A DNA stretch of 64,000 nucleotides, taken from an uncultured Phycisphaerales bacterium (GTDB lineage Bacteria > Planctomycetota > Phycisphaerae > Tepidisphaerales > Tepidisphaeraceae). How positions within the stretch are numbered: position 1 is the stretch's first letter; each line of letters opens with the position of its first letter. Where the stretch lies: the NCBI GenBank assembly GCA_963758525.1, contig CAVWVQ010000003.1:2688001-2752000 (forward strand), in the 5' to 3' direction. The notes beneath the pieces were generated by a model, which saw only the letters and a list, made by a program, of their open reading frames with translations, did not search any database and was not told the DNA's origin. The position numbers and the translations under genes were made by a program. Shown in pieces: positions 29,221 through 40,501 of the stretch.

Positions 29221-29303
29221 CAGCGTTTCGGGAGGAAGACTCGCCTACCCGCCCCCTCCGGCGGCCTGCATGAGATTGGCAATTCTCTGGCGAGTGCTTG
29301 GAC

Positions 29304-30482
29304 TCAACAGGTTCCCAAGCGCCGTTCCGGCAACAACAAGCGAAACGTCGAACCGATCCCTACCTGCGACTCAACCTCCAGTCTGCCCCCCAGAAGCTTG
29401 GTGGCCTGCGATGCGATGGACAGGCCCAGTCCGAAGCCCGGCTGCCCATGCGTGTAGCCCCTTGAGAAGGCATCGAACAAGCGACTCAGGTTTGCGGGTG
29501 CGATGCCCGGCCCCTCGTCGCTCACCCCGACTGCCCAGCCGTGGCCGCTCCCGTCGCCGTTCACTGCCGCTTTGGCCGTCACGCTTACAGTGCCGCGGGC
29601 GCTGTACTTGATGGCATTGCCCAGGAGGTTCTGCATCACGAGCGTGATCAACTCGCGGTCAGTTCGGGCCTCGGCCGCTTCAGGGACGTCCACCACCAGT
29701 GCCAGGCCTTTGCCCTTCGCTTCGTGGCTCTGCCGCGCGGTGATCTCCGAAAGCGCCAGCTTCAGGTTCAGTGGCTCCCATGTCGGCTCCACTGCCTCTT
29801 TGCGAAGGCGTTCGGCTTGCAGCAGGCGATCCATTCCTCCAATCGTGTGCGAGATGGACTTCTGGATCGACTTCACGTCTTCCACGCCGTCGGCGCAGTC
29901 GGCGATTCCCCCCAGTCTTTGACCGAGAAGCTCTAACACGAGTGTTGCGTGGTTGAGATGATTGCGCAGATCGTGTGAGAGGAATGTCATGTACCTGGAC
30001 TGCGACTCGGAAGCCGCTCGAATCTGTTCACGCTGGTGCTCGGTGAAGACGACGATTCCACTCTGGACGGCCGCGTCCACCGCCATGTTCAGAGCCACGT
30101 TCTGCCGCACGTCGAGCCGCTCGTTCAGTTCAGCCGAGACCTGTTCGATGATGATCCGCCGCAGCAGGCGATACTCGACCACCAGCTCCCGCACGTTGTA
30201 GTGCTCGTGGAAACGGGCCACCCCATGCACCTTGCTGTCCTCCATGAGTTGCCGGGTGGCTGCGGGCGTGTCTGATGCCAGGGCTTCCACGATCTCCCCC
30301 AGAATCATCGGCACGGAGTTTCGCAACTGGTTGAGTGTGAGTTCATCACTGTTGGGGAGCGTCTGCCGTACCGCCGCTTCCCACGCCGCAATGATCGACT
30401 GGGCGCGTGCTCTCAACGCGGCGGCGATGCGCGGGAAGGCATGGTGCACCAAGAGATCGAGGGTCTGATCTTCGACGGACAT
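29304..30482 (-). CDS. Sensor histidine kinase with RsbRD_N-like N-terminus
   Basis: LSHDLRNHL H-box; NLLGNAIKY; VSDEGPGI; GFGLGLSI. Confidence 0.92.
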   Translation of the reverse strand: MSVEDQTLDLLVHHAFPRIAAALRARAQSIIAAWEAAVRQTLPNSDELTLNQLRNSVPMILGEIVEALASDTPAATRQLMEDSKVHGVARFHEHYNVRELVVEYRLLRRIIIEQVSAELNERLDVRQNVALNMAVDAAVQSGIVVFTEHQREQIRAASESQSRYMTFLSHDLRNHLNHATLVLELLGQRLGGIADCADGVEDVKSIQKSISHTIGGMDRLLQAERLRKEAVEPTWEPLNLKLALSEITARQSHEAKGKGLALVVDVPEAAEARTDRELITLVMQNLLGNAIKYSARGTVSVTAKAAVNGDGSGHGWAVGVSDEGPGIAPANLSRLFDAFSRGYTHGQPGFGLGLSIASQATKLLGGRLEVESQVGIGSTFRLLLPERRLGTC

Positions 30483-31062
30483 TGCAAGGCTCCTAACCAG
30501 GAGTGGCGCGAGTGATGGCAGATTTCCTGCCCCCAAATTTCGTAACGATGTAACCGAGCGGTATCGCTTGGACCTGTGCGGATGGTGCTGAAAGCCGCGT
30601 CATTGTCTATTTTCGACACAGTCACGCCCATCCATAAAGTTCCTTTTCTCCAGCGATGGCGTCGTCATAGCTATTCCGGGGCGGACTGCTCCATCCCCGC
30701 ATCATAGAGGGATGGAGCTTCGATGTATTGCCTCCAACCATCGCTCCTCGTCGCGATGACTCGACTCTCCGGCTCACGATTGAGGCGGGGCCGGCACGTC
30801 GATCTTGACGCCAAACCGCCGGCACATTTTCCGGAACGTGGCGACCTTTTCTGGCGTGTTCAATGCCGCTTCCTGGGGAGACTCCGCCCAGAAGAGCACG
30901 TCGCGCCAGTCCCGCAGAGCCACATCAGTGAATTCATGAACACGCTTCGCATCTCTTCCTAAAACGCGACCTCGAATACAGTTGAAGAATAGAACGATTT
31001 GCTGCACCCGATCCCTCTGTCGGCGTGTAGAAATTCTGATCAACCGCGGCCCGAATCCTTCG

Positions 31063-31542
31063 TCAGATGGTCGAGAAGTGTTGATCAGTAGCAAGCTCAA
31101 AACCCTGAGCGGATGTCAATTGAGCAACTGCAGATATGAGTTGCAACGGCTGAAGAGGTTTGAGAAGTACGGCATCGAATCCTGCTCTTCGGTATTCCGC
31201 TACTTCTTCTGCCAAGGTAAATGCCGTCATTGCGATGGCCTTCAGCTGATGCAGCTTTTGTAATTCCTTGAGCAGTTCGCATCCGTCACCATCCCACAGC
31301 GCGATGTCACAGACGGCGAGACTGATCTGCTTTCTTTTTGCCACATCCAGCGCGGCCTGATACCCATCAGCGGTGCAGACGACATATCCATCTATTCTGA
31401 CAATCGCCGCAACCGTCACCAGAGATTCGATCGGCGCTGCAACGACGAGAATTCCGACCCGATTTGCCGGGATGATACTGAGTCGATCGTTGTGGGTTGA
31501 AACGGCCACTTTTAGCCCTCGCAGCACTCGCTCGGGACTCAA
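31063..31542 (-). CDS. Response-regulator receiver protein (degenerate N-terminus)
   Basis: LAVCDIALWDGDGCELL, AIAMTA, GFDAVLLKP. Confidence 0.7.
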   Translation of the reverse strand: MSPERVLRGLKVAVSTHNDRLSIIPANRVGILVVAAPIESLVTVAAIVRIDGYVVCTADGYQAALDVAKRKQISLAVCDIALWDGDGCELLKELQKLHQLKAIAMTAFTLAEEVAEYRRAGFDAVLLKPLQPLQLISAVAQLTSAQGFELATDQHFSTI

Positions 31543-32079
31543 TGGTTCCTATGCTGCGCACTCCAACTTCTGAAGGTACAACTTCCGCAGCTGCCCTGCG
31601 AATCCGAATTGCTCAGCTTCTGAAATTCCTTACCCAGCCGGTCATGGCGTTTTAAGGTCGGAGAACTCGAACAATGGAAGCCTCTCTCAATTAGAAGGGT
31701 GCCACCCAGAGAGCGAGAGTACATCCTACGCACTCGACGCGCTCGGCATTCTGTTTCCGGATTGAATTCGACTGCCGGAATTCGACAGTTCCGCAGTTCG
31801 CCCCGCGTACAGCATTCCGCGATATGGCGAGAGAGAGGGACAGGAGCCGCGTTCGCAGTCGCTTCGCGCTGGCCGCACTGGAAAACCGCGCCGCACTGGG
31901 TCTTCACGGAGACCAAAGAAACTCCGCCGAAGAGGCGGCATCTCATTTTGCGGACCGCTTCGCAATGCGAAGAGTTTTAATTTCAGAGTGATTCGTTGCC
32001 GTCAAGCTTACGATGAGAGGGGCGGGCAGTGCTCTGCGGGTGGTGGGGGACAATCAGTTTCTCACCGGAAGGTCGGCTC

Positions 32080-32630
32080 GCGCTGGACATCAACTCGACC
32101 ACGCTGCAGGGGGTGTTGCGTTCGATCCAGCCGTCGCGTCCCCACAGCGTTCATGCACCGCGCCGCGACGCTCGATCCGCTCTGATCGGCCAGGCGACGA
32201 TCATCCCAATCACCAAGCGATTACCGGAATCTCCGATCTCTGTTTTGGTCCGGGATATCAGCCCCAGCGGTGTCTGCATCATCCTCACGCAGATTTTTCA
32301 CGTTGCTGATCGCTTTTTGCTGCTGCTGGCACACACTGCCGGGCCGCAGCGGGCGGTGTTGTCAGAAGTGAAACATTGGCGATCGCTCTCCAACGACCTA
32401 TTTGCAATCGGTGCGGAGTTCGTGCGAATGGTGGAGGGCGCTCAGGCTGCGAGCGAGCTCGCTCGTGAAGATTCACCGTCTCCCACGGCTCATGTCGCAG
32501 CGCCCGTGGCGATCCCCATGGAGGAAACGATCGGGCAATTCAGAGAGACGCCTGGCGAGGAATGCCGCCGGCGGACGTGGCTCAGCTCCAAGAACTTGAG
32601 GCAAGGCTGGCGACGCTGCTCAATGAGTGA
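32080..32630 (+). CDS. PilZ-domain protein; frameshift near 32560; start uncertain
   Basis: RRDAR (RxxxR) and RDISPSG (DxSxxG) motifs, IGAEF. Confidence 0.65.
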
Positions 32631-32958
32631 TCCGGCTACACCGCGTCGGATTCGTGTCGGCAGTCCGCCGCTACATTGTCGATGGGAGAGCTGGAAGCCA
32701 GATAACCCGACTCGCCAATTGGAAACACGCGCAGCCCTCGTGCTTCCGTAGGATTGATCGATCGATGACAGCGATGCCCAGATCGATCGATACTCGATGC
32801 CACCGGATTCGACCGAGCTAATCACACGCATGATGACGCTTTTGTGAAACCATTCTACCCATCGAGCGGGTTCGTGCAGGATGGAGTGCGGAATTGCCAT
32901 GTGATACGTTGTGTGAGTTCGTGCCGGGGATGGGTACTCTCTTGAAAGGATATTTGCT

Positions 32959-33255
32959 GTGGCAACTTTCATCACCACCATCAAGTTCACTCGGCAGGGC
33001 ATAACGGGAATCGGCGAAACGACCAAACGGGCGGCGGCGTTGAAAGCCTCCGCCAAAAAGATGGGCGTCACGATTACAAACATCTACTGGACCATGGGGG
33101 AGCACGATGGCGTGCTGATCTTTGAAGCGGCGGATGACGAGACGGCTAGCGCTTTGCTGCTGCACGTGGCCGGAATGGGGAATGTTCACACCACAACCGC
33201 GCGGGCCTTCACCGTCACAGAAATGGACAAGATTCTGGCCAAGGTGCATGGCTAA
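32959..33255 (+). CDS. GYD-domain protein
   Basis: FTRQGI..YWTMGEHDGVLIFEAADDE..GNVHTTTARAF; AAGGA RBS. Confidence 0.88.
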   Translation: MATFITTIKFTRQGITGIGETTKRAAALKASAKKMGVTITNIYWTMGEHDGVLIFEAADDETASALLLHVAGMGNVHTTTARAFTVTEMDKILAKVHG

Positions 33256-33469
33256 AGTTTTGTCACCGCGTCGAGGCGCGTACGAAACATTCGCGAGATC
33301 CGCTGAGTTCGCGGAAAAACCGGGATCACTCAAAAGACATATTTCCGAATTGAATCTGTTCAACTCCGGAAGAACTCGATCGCCGAAGCAGTTTAGCCCG
33401 TGCGCGCGTCGTCTGGCCGCTGCCCAGAGAGCGAAGCTGTAGTCCCCCCGGTTGCGTCTGGCGCGGCGA

Positions 33470-33590
33470 CCCCCACTTGCCCGAGGCGTAATGCGCGGCG
33501 ACGGCCAGAGCGTGAACAGCGTTTTCGGCTCTGACCGCGGCGAGATACAGCGTATCCCGCGGCGTATCCGATCTGCTCCAGCCGCTCGCG
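33470..33590 (-). pseudogene. Frameshifted paralogue of the 44318-44539 small protein
   Basis: RERLEQIGYAA/DTLYLAAVRAENAVHALAVAAHYASG aligns with RMRLEQLGYTGNDPLFQAALQAEHAAQNLSVTAHYDS. Confidence 0.65.
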
Positions 33591-33723
33591 GAAAGCGCAT
33601 GGTGGCACCATCTCACCTTCAAACAATCGTAGCTTTCATCCGGGTTGGAGGGAGGAGGGGGGATAGCACCGGCGCGACAGCACCCGGGGGCTCTTTGGGG
33701 TGCAGCATTTCCCGGAAAACTGC

Positions 33724-33972
33724 TCACCTTCGCAGCTTGGCCAGTTCAGTGAGCGCTTCGGCAGGGTTCACGCCACACCCAATCGCGAATTCGATGAACT
33801 CCGCCACATCCAGTCGCCGGCTTCCCGTCTCTGACCGCGCCACCCACCACTGATCCTGTTTGATTCGATCCGCGAGCTCCCGCTGCGTGAGCCCGGCCTC
33901 TTTACGCATCGCCCGCAGAAATGCGGGAACCCTGCGGTAGAGAAGAGCGTGATTGGGCTTCGTGGACATCAA
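33724..33972 (-). CDS. XRE-family HTH regulator
   Basis: LRAMRKEAGLTQRELA..VARSETGSRRLDVAEF. Confidence 0.9.
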   Translation of the reverse strand: MMSTKPNHALLYRRVPAFLRAMRKEAGLTQRELADRIKQDQWWVARSETGSRRLDVAEFIEFAIGCGVNPAEALTELAKLRR

Positions 33973-34001
33973 CGCGGACTATCCGCAACCGACCCACTGA
34001 G

Positions 34002-34050
34002 GCGCTTTGCGCATATTTGTCTTGACGCGCTTTACGCATCAACTGACAAT
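34002..34050 (+). promoter_or_regulatory. Sigma-70-like promoter overlapped by direct-repeat operator candidates
   Basis: TTGACG-17-GACAAT (34022-34050); GCGCTTT(G/A)CGCAT at 34002 and 34027. Confidence 0.55.
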
Positions 34051-34118
34051 CCCTAACTGAAGTGACCGGCCCGTGACCGGCCCAAACGGCGGGGATTTCA
34101 ATTAACGGGAGGAGTTAC

Positions 34119-35374
34119 ATGTCTATGAAAATGACGCGTCGCCAAGCGATGCAGGCAATCAGCGCTGCAGCCCTGGCGGCGGGCTCCTTCAAAGATGTTT
34201 TCGCGGCTGATGCGCCGAGTGTACTGCCAAGCAGCCTCAGAACGGTCGGGGTCGGCATGGCAAAGGTCGAGCCGTTTGTTCAGCCAGGTATGAACTGGAG
34301 CAGCGCGGAATTGAATGACTTTCTTGCAGAACTGCCCGCAGAGGGAATGCTGAGTCTCAAACAATCGCTGCGATTGCTGCCACCGGATGCGACGATCAAA
34401 GAACTGCACGGAGACCAGCGCGATATGGGTGAATTCCAAGACGCACTCCTGCGGGCGTCCACCAACATCTTTGAATACCCGATGAGCGACAAGACAAAGA
34501 TCTATTATCACGAGCTGGTCAAATGGGTTGCCGGAAAGGCCGGCGTCGATCAGTGGATCATCGACACGCAGCCGACGTTCTTAATTGAAAGAGCGTACAT
34601 GGAGCAGTTCTTTGCGACGCTGTGGGACAAGCTCATCGCTAAACAACGAACGGAACTCGTGGCGAAGATTGATCCCCAACGCACGCTCAAGGACGTCGCG
34701 GCAATCATTTCCTTAAGCGGCGCAGGTGCGCTGGCCGCACTCTCGACCACGGCCTGTTTCGCGGGTTTCACGTTCTACACGACGATGAGCGTTACGATCT
34801 GCACCGCGGCTGGCTGGTTCGGAATTACCCTGCCATTCGCAGCCTATACGTCCGTTGCATCGCTGGTCGCGTTCTTGAGTGGCCCATTCGGATGGGCGCT
34901 TCTCGCAATCGTCGCGGCCGCTGGCGTTGCGCTCGCGGGCGCGCCGATGCGCAGAAGACCGCGGCAGCAATCTGCCAACTGCACGTCTTGAAGGTCGCTG
35001 CCCTGAAGGACGCGGGGAAATCTGAGGATCTTTTTCAGGCGCTAGGCGACCCACTCAAGCGGCAGTTGGTCGGAAAGTGGAGTTGGCGCACCAGCGATGG
35101 AAGCGTAGACGCCGAGTTGCGAAGCGATGCGACGTTTACTGCGGAGAACAAGCCTGACAAGAAACCAGAATGGAAGGATCCGGCGCGCTGGGTCACGACA
35201 GGCAAGGGCAACTGGAGCGTGCGGGATCAAAAGCTGACGATCACGATGACCCAGGTTTGGGCGGTTGCATTCTGGAAGGACTATCCGGTGACCTGGTTCG
35301 ACAATGAGAAGATCGCCGCGGTCAAGCCCACTCAGGTTGAGCTTGAAGATGGCTCGCTGCTGCAACGTCAATGA
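34119..35374 (+). CDS. Tat-signal protein with YaaW-like central region and C-terminal beta domain; frameshift near 34940
   Basis: MTRRQAM Tat motif; YHELVKWVA..IE....F..LWDKL..R; FLSGPFGW; continues as ADAQKTAAAICQLH. Confidence 0.6.
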
Positions 35375-35517
35375 CGCCGGTCGGGATGGAATCCGGATGA
35401 TGGGTCCCAGTGGAAGTCGGCATGAGGGAATTACGTCCTCGGATTCTCATGGCAAATCTGGTGCAACTTACGATCGCGCGGCATGCCTTCAAATCTTGAC
35501 CGCGCAAGGAAGGTTCT

Positions 35518-36537
35518 ATGGGTATAACTTCGCCTACAGCTCGCACGAATAATGTAGTCTTGATCTCGGCCCTGCTCATGTTCGCGATTCCCCTGTGCCA
35601 GAACGGAATTGCGCAGACTTCGCAGCCAGCGGGCAGCCCAGAAATAGATCACGTTTTTGACTGCGCGATAAAAGCATTCGCGCTCCAATCCCAGGCCGAC
35701 CGCGTTGCGACCGACCCGCCCACCAAGCCGGTGGGAACGGACAATTGGAGGAACCTCCAGCCGAAGGAATTCGAGTCAGACCAAGACTTCACCCAGCGCC
35801 AGACGACGGCACGCGCCCAAGAAGAGCGAGCGTACAGTGACGCAACGGCCGCTTGGAAAAATGCCTCGGCGCAGTATGATCGGCTGCAGTTAGAACGCGC
35901 CGATTTGCATGCGGAGGCGATCCAAACCCTCATTAAAGGTGCTGTGTCCGTCGATGTCGGTATAGTCCCTGAACTTCCCCGGTACGATCGCGCAAAGAGG
36001 GTGTTCGAACCAGTTGCCGTCCGAGTGGATAATCAGGACGCGGTGCACGGTGCTGATAAGGCTGCGCATATCGTTTGTGATCCATTCGACCTATCAATAG
36101 CCATAAACGACATGCGCCGCGCCCAAGAGTTCAAAGAGGGCGTGGCTGCCGGAACGATCAAACTCCGCATATGGGTATCACCGCGCGATGTGACCGTAAC
36201 CACGCCGATCTTAGTCTCGGCCGCGTGGACTGAGACGGTGCCCGCGCCAGCGCCAGCGCAAAAGCCTGGTTCCACATATCTCAAACAGCTGGCAGCGGGC
36301 CTGTTCACTTACGCGCTGGGTGGGAGCCCAAACCAAGTTGAGGGTGCCGAAGCATCGGTTGGGACGCCTGACGAGCCGCAGCATATCGAGCACCCGGCGG
36401 TCACACGGGAGGGCGAGGAGTATACGATCTACCTCCAGACGGTACGCGCTGTCGCCGTTGACCAACAAGGGAAGCCGTTGGATGGGGTTGTGGTCAACGT
36501 GATCACACAGGACACCAGCGGCCAACGCGCGCCATAA
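35518..36537 (+). CDS. Exported hypothetical protein
   Basis: Signal peptide, QTSQP, PKEFESDQDF..R. Confidence 0.7.
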   Translation: MGITSPTARTNNVVLISALLMFAIPLCQNGIAQTSQPAGSPEIDHVFDCAIKAFALQSQADRVATDPPTKPVGTDNWRNLQPKEFESDQDFTQRQTTARAQEERAYSDATAAWKNASAQYDRLQLERADLHAEAIQTLIKGAVSVDVGIVPELPRYDRAKRVFEPVAVRVDNQDAVHGADKAAHIVCDPFDLSIAINDMRRAQEFKEGVAAGTIKLRIWVSPRDVTVTTPILVSAAWTETVPAPAPAQKPGSTYLKQLAAGLFTYALGGSPNQVEGAEASVGTPDEPQHIEHPAVTREGEEYTIYLQTVRAVAVDQQGKPLDGVVVNVITQDTSGQRAP

Positions 36538-36775
36538 CCCGAACTCTTGGCAGAAATGGAGGGACGGCGGTAACGATCCGCCTCAGCGCACCGCTGCCGG
36601 TCCCGATCGGAGAACAGTTTATACCGCTTCATTGTGAAGAAAATTACCATGCATAACGGAATCAAGAGGGCACCAAGCGGCATGTGCAAAACTGAGAGCA
36701 GGGCTGGTCCGCGCGACGAAATCTTGATGCAACGAGGCCAAACCGAGCCGCCAGGTAGATTGACGCGTTTCTCGG

Positions 36776-38335
36776 ATGGCGAACGCAATTTTGGGATCCG
36801 TCATGTCTGAGGCAGGAACTGCGTCAAATCATTTCTGGCGGGATCTCCAGCGCAGATGCGTGGCATCGTTGCATGCCGCAAGAGCGGAACTCGCAATCGC
36901 AATCTCGCGAATTCAGCGGTTTCGAGCTCGCCGTGATATGGCAGCTTGCGCAGTTGAATGTGGCGGATTAGCTGTAAGCGAAAAATTGGTCTTCACAGAT
37001 CCGCGGTTGTCGGAGGCATGCGAGTCTGGATCGGCCCTGCTGGACCAAATCAAGCAGAAGCATAGGGAGCAGGCCTCGCTTCGATCAAGCCTCTCGACTT
37101 TTGATGCGAACTCTGAGTCGGCAAAAATCAGTGAAATTCGCGGCAAGATCAAAGCCTTGTCGCAGACCCTGAAGTTGAACCGGCGTAAGCTGGAGCGTGT
37201 TCATCAGCAACTGGGAGAACAGATTCTCGCAATCGGGGAACATGCAGATCGCTTCCCAGATCAGTTCAGGAAGCAGAAGGCAGCCGTCGAGCAAGTCCGC
37301 GAAGCGGAGTCGGCGATTGCGGTCGGAAATGCTCGTCGCAAAGAACTGAACGCTTCCATTGGAGTAAGCTTTCGCACGCTCGCTGTAGCTGTGATGGTCG
37401 CGTTGCTCGCTATAACGTGGATGTTGCGGTCATCCGCCAAGCGCCGACACCTGGTGGCAATACCGGCGATGTCAACAGCCGTTGCGGCACCTTCGCCCGC
37501 TCCAAAGCCCGTAGAAACACCAGTAAAACCTTCAGGTCTCTCGCGGCAAGAGCTGGCGCTTTCCGCTCAACTCGTGCAGTTGCATTGGGTGGCGTGGCGG
37601 CCTGGCAGTCAGAGCCTATTTGGGTGGAATGATGTCCCTGATGCGGACGAAGGATGCACGGGCTCCGCTGGAGTTGTTGCCGTGAGAGGCGGCACTCTTT
37701 GGCTGGTCACCAATCGCCATGTTTTGATGCTTGAAGATATTGCAGGGACCAAGACCACCGAGATCGCGCTCAAGTCGTACGACATGCAGGTGAAATTTCC
37801 TTCCGGTCAGATCCGGGACGTGAAGAGAATCGCACACCTTGCCGGTTCACTTGATCTGGCGGTACTCGAAGTCGACGCGACGAACTTGTCGGAAGGAACT
37901 GACTTCGTGATGCTCCCGCTGATGCCGAAGGAGATGAGTATGCAAGTCGGTGACGAGGCGGTGGCCGTAGGAAATCCCGGATATCAAGGCGTCACTTTCG
38001 AGGGCACCCAGACCTTTGGTCACATCAGCGCACTTCGTGAAGATCCGCCGGATAACAGCGGTCATTCCTGCAAATGGCTACAGGTTGATACCGCGATCAA
38101 TCACGGGAACAGCGGCGGGCCGTTGTTCGAAAAGGAGGAAGACCGCTACTTTTGGGTCGGCGTCAACACACTAGTCATCGGCCGCGAGCAGGGATATGAG
38201 GGTATCAATTTAGCGATCGATGCTCGCGAATTAGCCGAAGCCGAGGCGACCTGGTACGACGCAACCAAGGAGGGGGCCGCAAAGGCGCTCACCGAAGTGT
38301 ATGGGTCCGCCACTGGCGTCTACACCCCACCATGA
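36776..38335 (+). CDS. Membrane-anchored S1C trypsin-like serine protease with N-terminal coiled coil
   Basis: LVTNRHV, DLAVL, AVGNP, QVDTAINHGNSGGPL triad motifs. Confidence 0.9.
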   Translation: MANAILGSVMSEAGTASNHFWRDLQRRCVASLHAARAELAIAISRIQRFRARRDMAACAVECGGLAVSEKLVFTDPRLSEACESGSALLDQIKQKHREQASLRSSLSTFDANSESAKISEIRGKIKALSQTLKLNRRKLERVHQQLGEQILAIGEHADRFPDQFRKQKAAVEQVREAESAIAVGNARRKELNASIGVSFRTLAVAVMVALLAITWMLRSSAKRRHLVAIPAMSTAVAAPSPAPKPVETPVKPSGLSRQELALSAQLVQLHWVAWRPGSQSLFGWNDVPDADEGCTGSAGVVAVRGGTLWLVTNRHVLMLEDIAGTKTTEIALKSYDMQVKFPSGQIRDVKRIAHLAGSLDLAVLEVDATNLSEGTDFVMLPLMPKEMSMQVGDEAVAVGNPGYQGVTFEGTQTFGHISALREDPPDNSGHSCKWLQVDTAINHGNSGGPLFEKEEDRYFWVGVNTLVIGREQGYEGINLAIDARELAEAEATWYDATKEGAAKALTEVYGSATGVYTPP

Positions 38336-38348
38336 GAAGGTTGACCTG

Positions 38349-38831
38349 ATGCGTGCCGTTTGTGTCAATCCCTCCTGCACTCAGCACAACAAGGCCGTTG
38401 CCGGCCATGCGCGGTTTTGCAAATCCTGTGGACAACTTCTCGCCGTGCCCGTGTCCGAGCCTCTTCCGTGGTGGATGTCGGCAGGATTGATCGTAATCTC
38501 GTTGCTGCTGCTGACACTACTCAGTGGTTGTAAAAAGACAGATGACACCGCGACCGTATCGCCGTCAGCACCAGCTCCAGATCGCTGGCAGGTGAATTTG
38601 GCTGAGATACGAAAGTCCTATGAGCAAAATCAGGCGAAGCTTCGGGTCGACTGGCGGGCAGCGCTCGCAGAGGCGCAAGCGGGAGACCTGAACGCTGATG
38701 CCTTGGACCGAGATATTGTAGGGCTTTCCGCGAAGCTTCAGCGGTCGACCGCGGCGCTAAATGAGTGGGACGATCAGCTCGTGGCTGAGATCGAAAAGCG
38801 CGGCCTCAACGCAGGAACACCTCACCAATGA
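38349..38831 (+). CDS. Zn-ribbon / lipobox-containing hypothetical protein
   Basis: CVNPSC..FCKSCG, TM ending LSGC. Confidence 0.65.
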   Translation: MRAVCVNPSCTQHNKAVAGHARFCKSCGQLLAVPVSEPLPWWMSAGLIVISLLLLTLLSGCKKTDDTATVSPSAPAPDRWQVNLAEIRKSYEQNQAKLRVDWRAALAEAQAGDLNADALDRDIVGLSAKLQRSTAALNEWDDQLVAEIEKRGLNAGTPHQ

Positions 38832-39271
38832 GTGTCGAGCTGCGCCAGCTGTGGTATCGGCATCCGGGCCGCTGGCTCGCGCTGAGCGTCGTGTGCGTTC
38901 AGATTATTCTGTTTGTTGCCGTCGTGGTGCACAGAAGCCGGAATGTGCGCCTTTCGGAGCAGTCTCTGGACTTGGCCAACCAGAATTATCAAGCACATGC
39001 GCACGAACAGCAGCTCGCGACCGACATTGCGGATTATCAAAATATGGTTGAGCGCTATTCCGCTCAAAAAAGCCAGCTAATACACGATGTAACGCAATTC
39101 CAAGGCGAACTTGATTTGCTGAATCAGAAGACCAAGAGCCTTGATCGTGTGCATGGAGACATGACACGGCTCGAAGGCGGCTTGAACGAATACACCCGTG
39201 CCCAAGAGAGCTTCCTGAAGCACCTCGCGCTCCTTGAAGCGCAGACGAAGAATACGGCTGGATTACAATGA
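38828..39271 (+). CDS. Single-TM coiled-coil protein
   Basis: ATGA overlap, TM then heptad-rich region. Confidence 0.7.
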   Translation: MSVELRQLWYRHPGRWLALSVVCVQIILFVAVVVHRSRNVRLSEQSLDLANQNYQAHAHEQQLATDIADYQNMVERYSAQKSQLIHDVTQFQGELDLLNQKTKSLDRVHGDMTRLEGGLNEYTRAQESFLKHLALLEAQTKNTAGLQ

Positions 39272-39699
39272 AAACGACAGTTGTTGAATGGTGGCTTCAG
39301 ATGACTGCTGCCGTCATTGCTGCAATTGCGGTTGTTGCCGCAATCATCGCGCTGGTACTCCAATTAACACAATGCGCCCGTCTGCAGGAGCAGATTGCAA
39401 GCGAACATCGCGAGGCTGTCGAGATTGCGACGTCGACCGCTTCGACCGAATCATCTCTCAAGCGGGAATCTGAAAAGGCGGAAAAGCTTGTCGCGGATGT
39501 TAAGGAGGAACTCAAGCAACGCGACCAAACGCTTGAAGTGATGGCCGATGTGCTGGCGAAGGTTAAGGTTCTTCAGCAACAGCGCGATACCTTCGACGCT
39601 AAGCGCTCTGAAATCGCGGAGAAGATGTCAAAGCTGGACGAAGACTATTCCAGAGCTGGTGCGGTGGCTCCATCCGCAAAACTGAATTCACTGCCGTAG
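39268..39699 (+). CDS. Single-TM coiled-coil protein
   Basis: ATGA overlap, TM then heptad-rich region. Confidence 0.7.
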   Translation: MKTTVVEWWLQMTAAVIAAIAVVAAIIALVLQLTQCARLQEQIASEHREAVEIATSTASTESSLKRESEKAEKLVADVKEELKQRDQTLEVMADVLAKVKVLQQQRDTFDAKRSEIAEKMSKLDEDYSRAGAVAPSAKLNSLP

Positions 39700-40029
39700 C
39701 GTTGTAAGCGGCTGTTTAGTTGCGAGCGAGAGCTTGCCCACCGTCCGGCGATACCTAAAAAAGGGGCGTCGAGCGTAGCAGACAAAGCCGCCGGCAAGAA
39801 CGCCCACTTTCGCGCGGGCAGGCTATCCCGCTACCCACTCAATACTTGACGCCCACCCCAAGTTGGCCAGGAACGCCACGAGCACTTGCTCCGTTTGTGC
39901 GTGGCATCGCTCGATGATCTCGGGGTCGTGCCCCGCAAGCTCCACAACCATCTGCGCCTCCCGCATCGCGCGGTTGACCGCCGCGGTGTCGGCATCAGCG
40001 CCGCCAGGCGTAATCGCCCATAGCCCCTG

Positions 40030-40240
40030 TTCCTGTCCAAGAGCTTCTTGGCGGCGGACAGATACTGTCCCTCAGCGCCGAAGGATTCGGCGGCCTGGGC
40101 TTTCTGCTCGCTGTTGAGCGATTTCCGGACGCCGAACCAGGTGAACGAGCCGCGTACGGCAGCGAAGGCCGATCGCAGGCGCTGTGACGGTGACGTCGGG
40201 CTCGGGCGCCGGCTGATCGATCCATGGTCATGGGACCTCC
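40030..40240 (-). pseudogene. 5' fragment paralogous to 51770-52759
   Basis: QRLRSAFAAVRGSFTWFGVRKSLNSEQKAQAAESFGAEGQYLSAAKKLLD. Confidence 0.85.
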
Positions 40241-40501
40241 TGTGGGCCCGGGAATTGCCCCAGGCGAAAAGTGGGAATAATTGGTGTTTCTGAGATCGAC
40301 GTAACCAAAGGTGAATTCTGCAGTTACATGGGAGCGGGTTTCCAGGAGGCTCAAAGCAGGGGCTGCCTTGGGTCGTCGGAGGGTTACGGAACGCTCCAGC
40401 GGGGCTGGAATTCGCGGCAAACGGCCTTCCGACGGCTGCCTGTGACGGCATCGCGGGCCGATCTGGGGGAAGTCAAAAACCAGTTTTTGAAATGACAGGG
40501 A

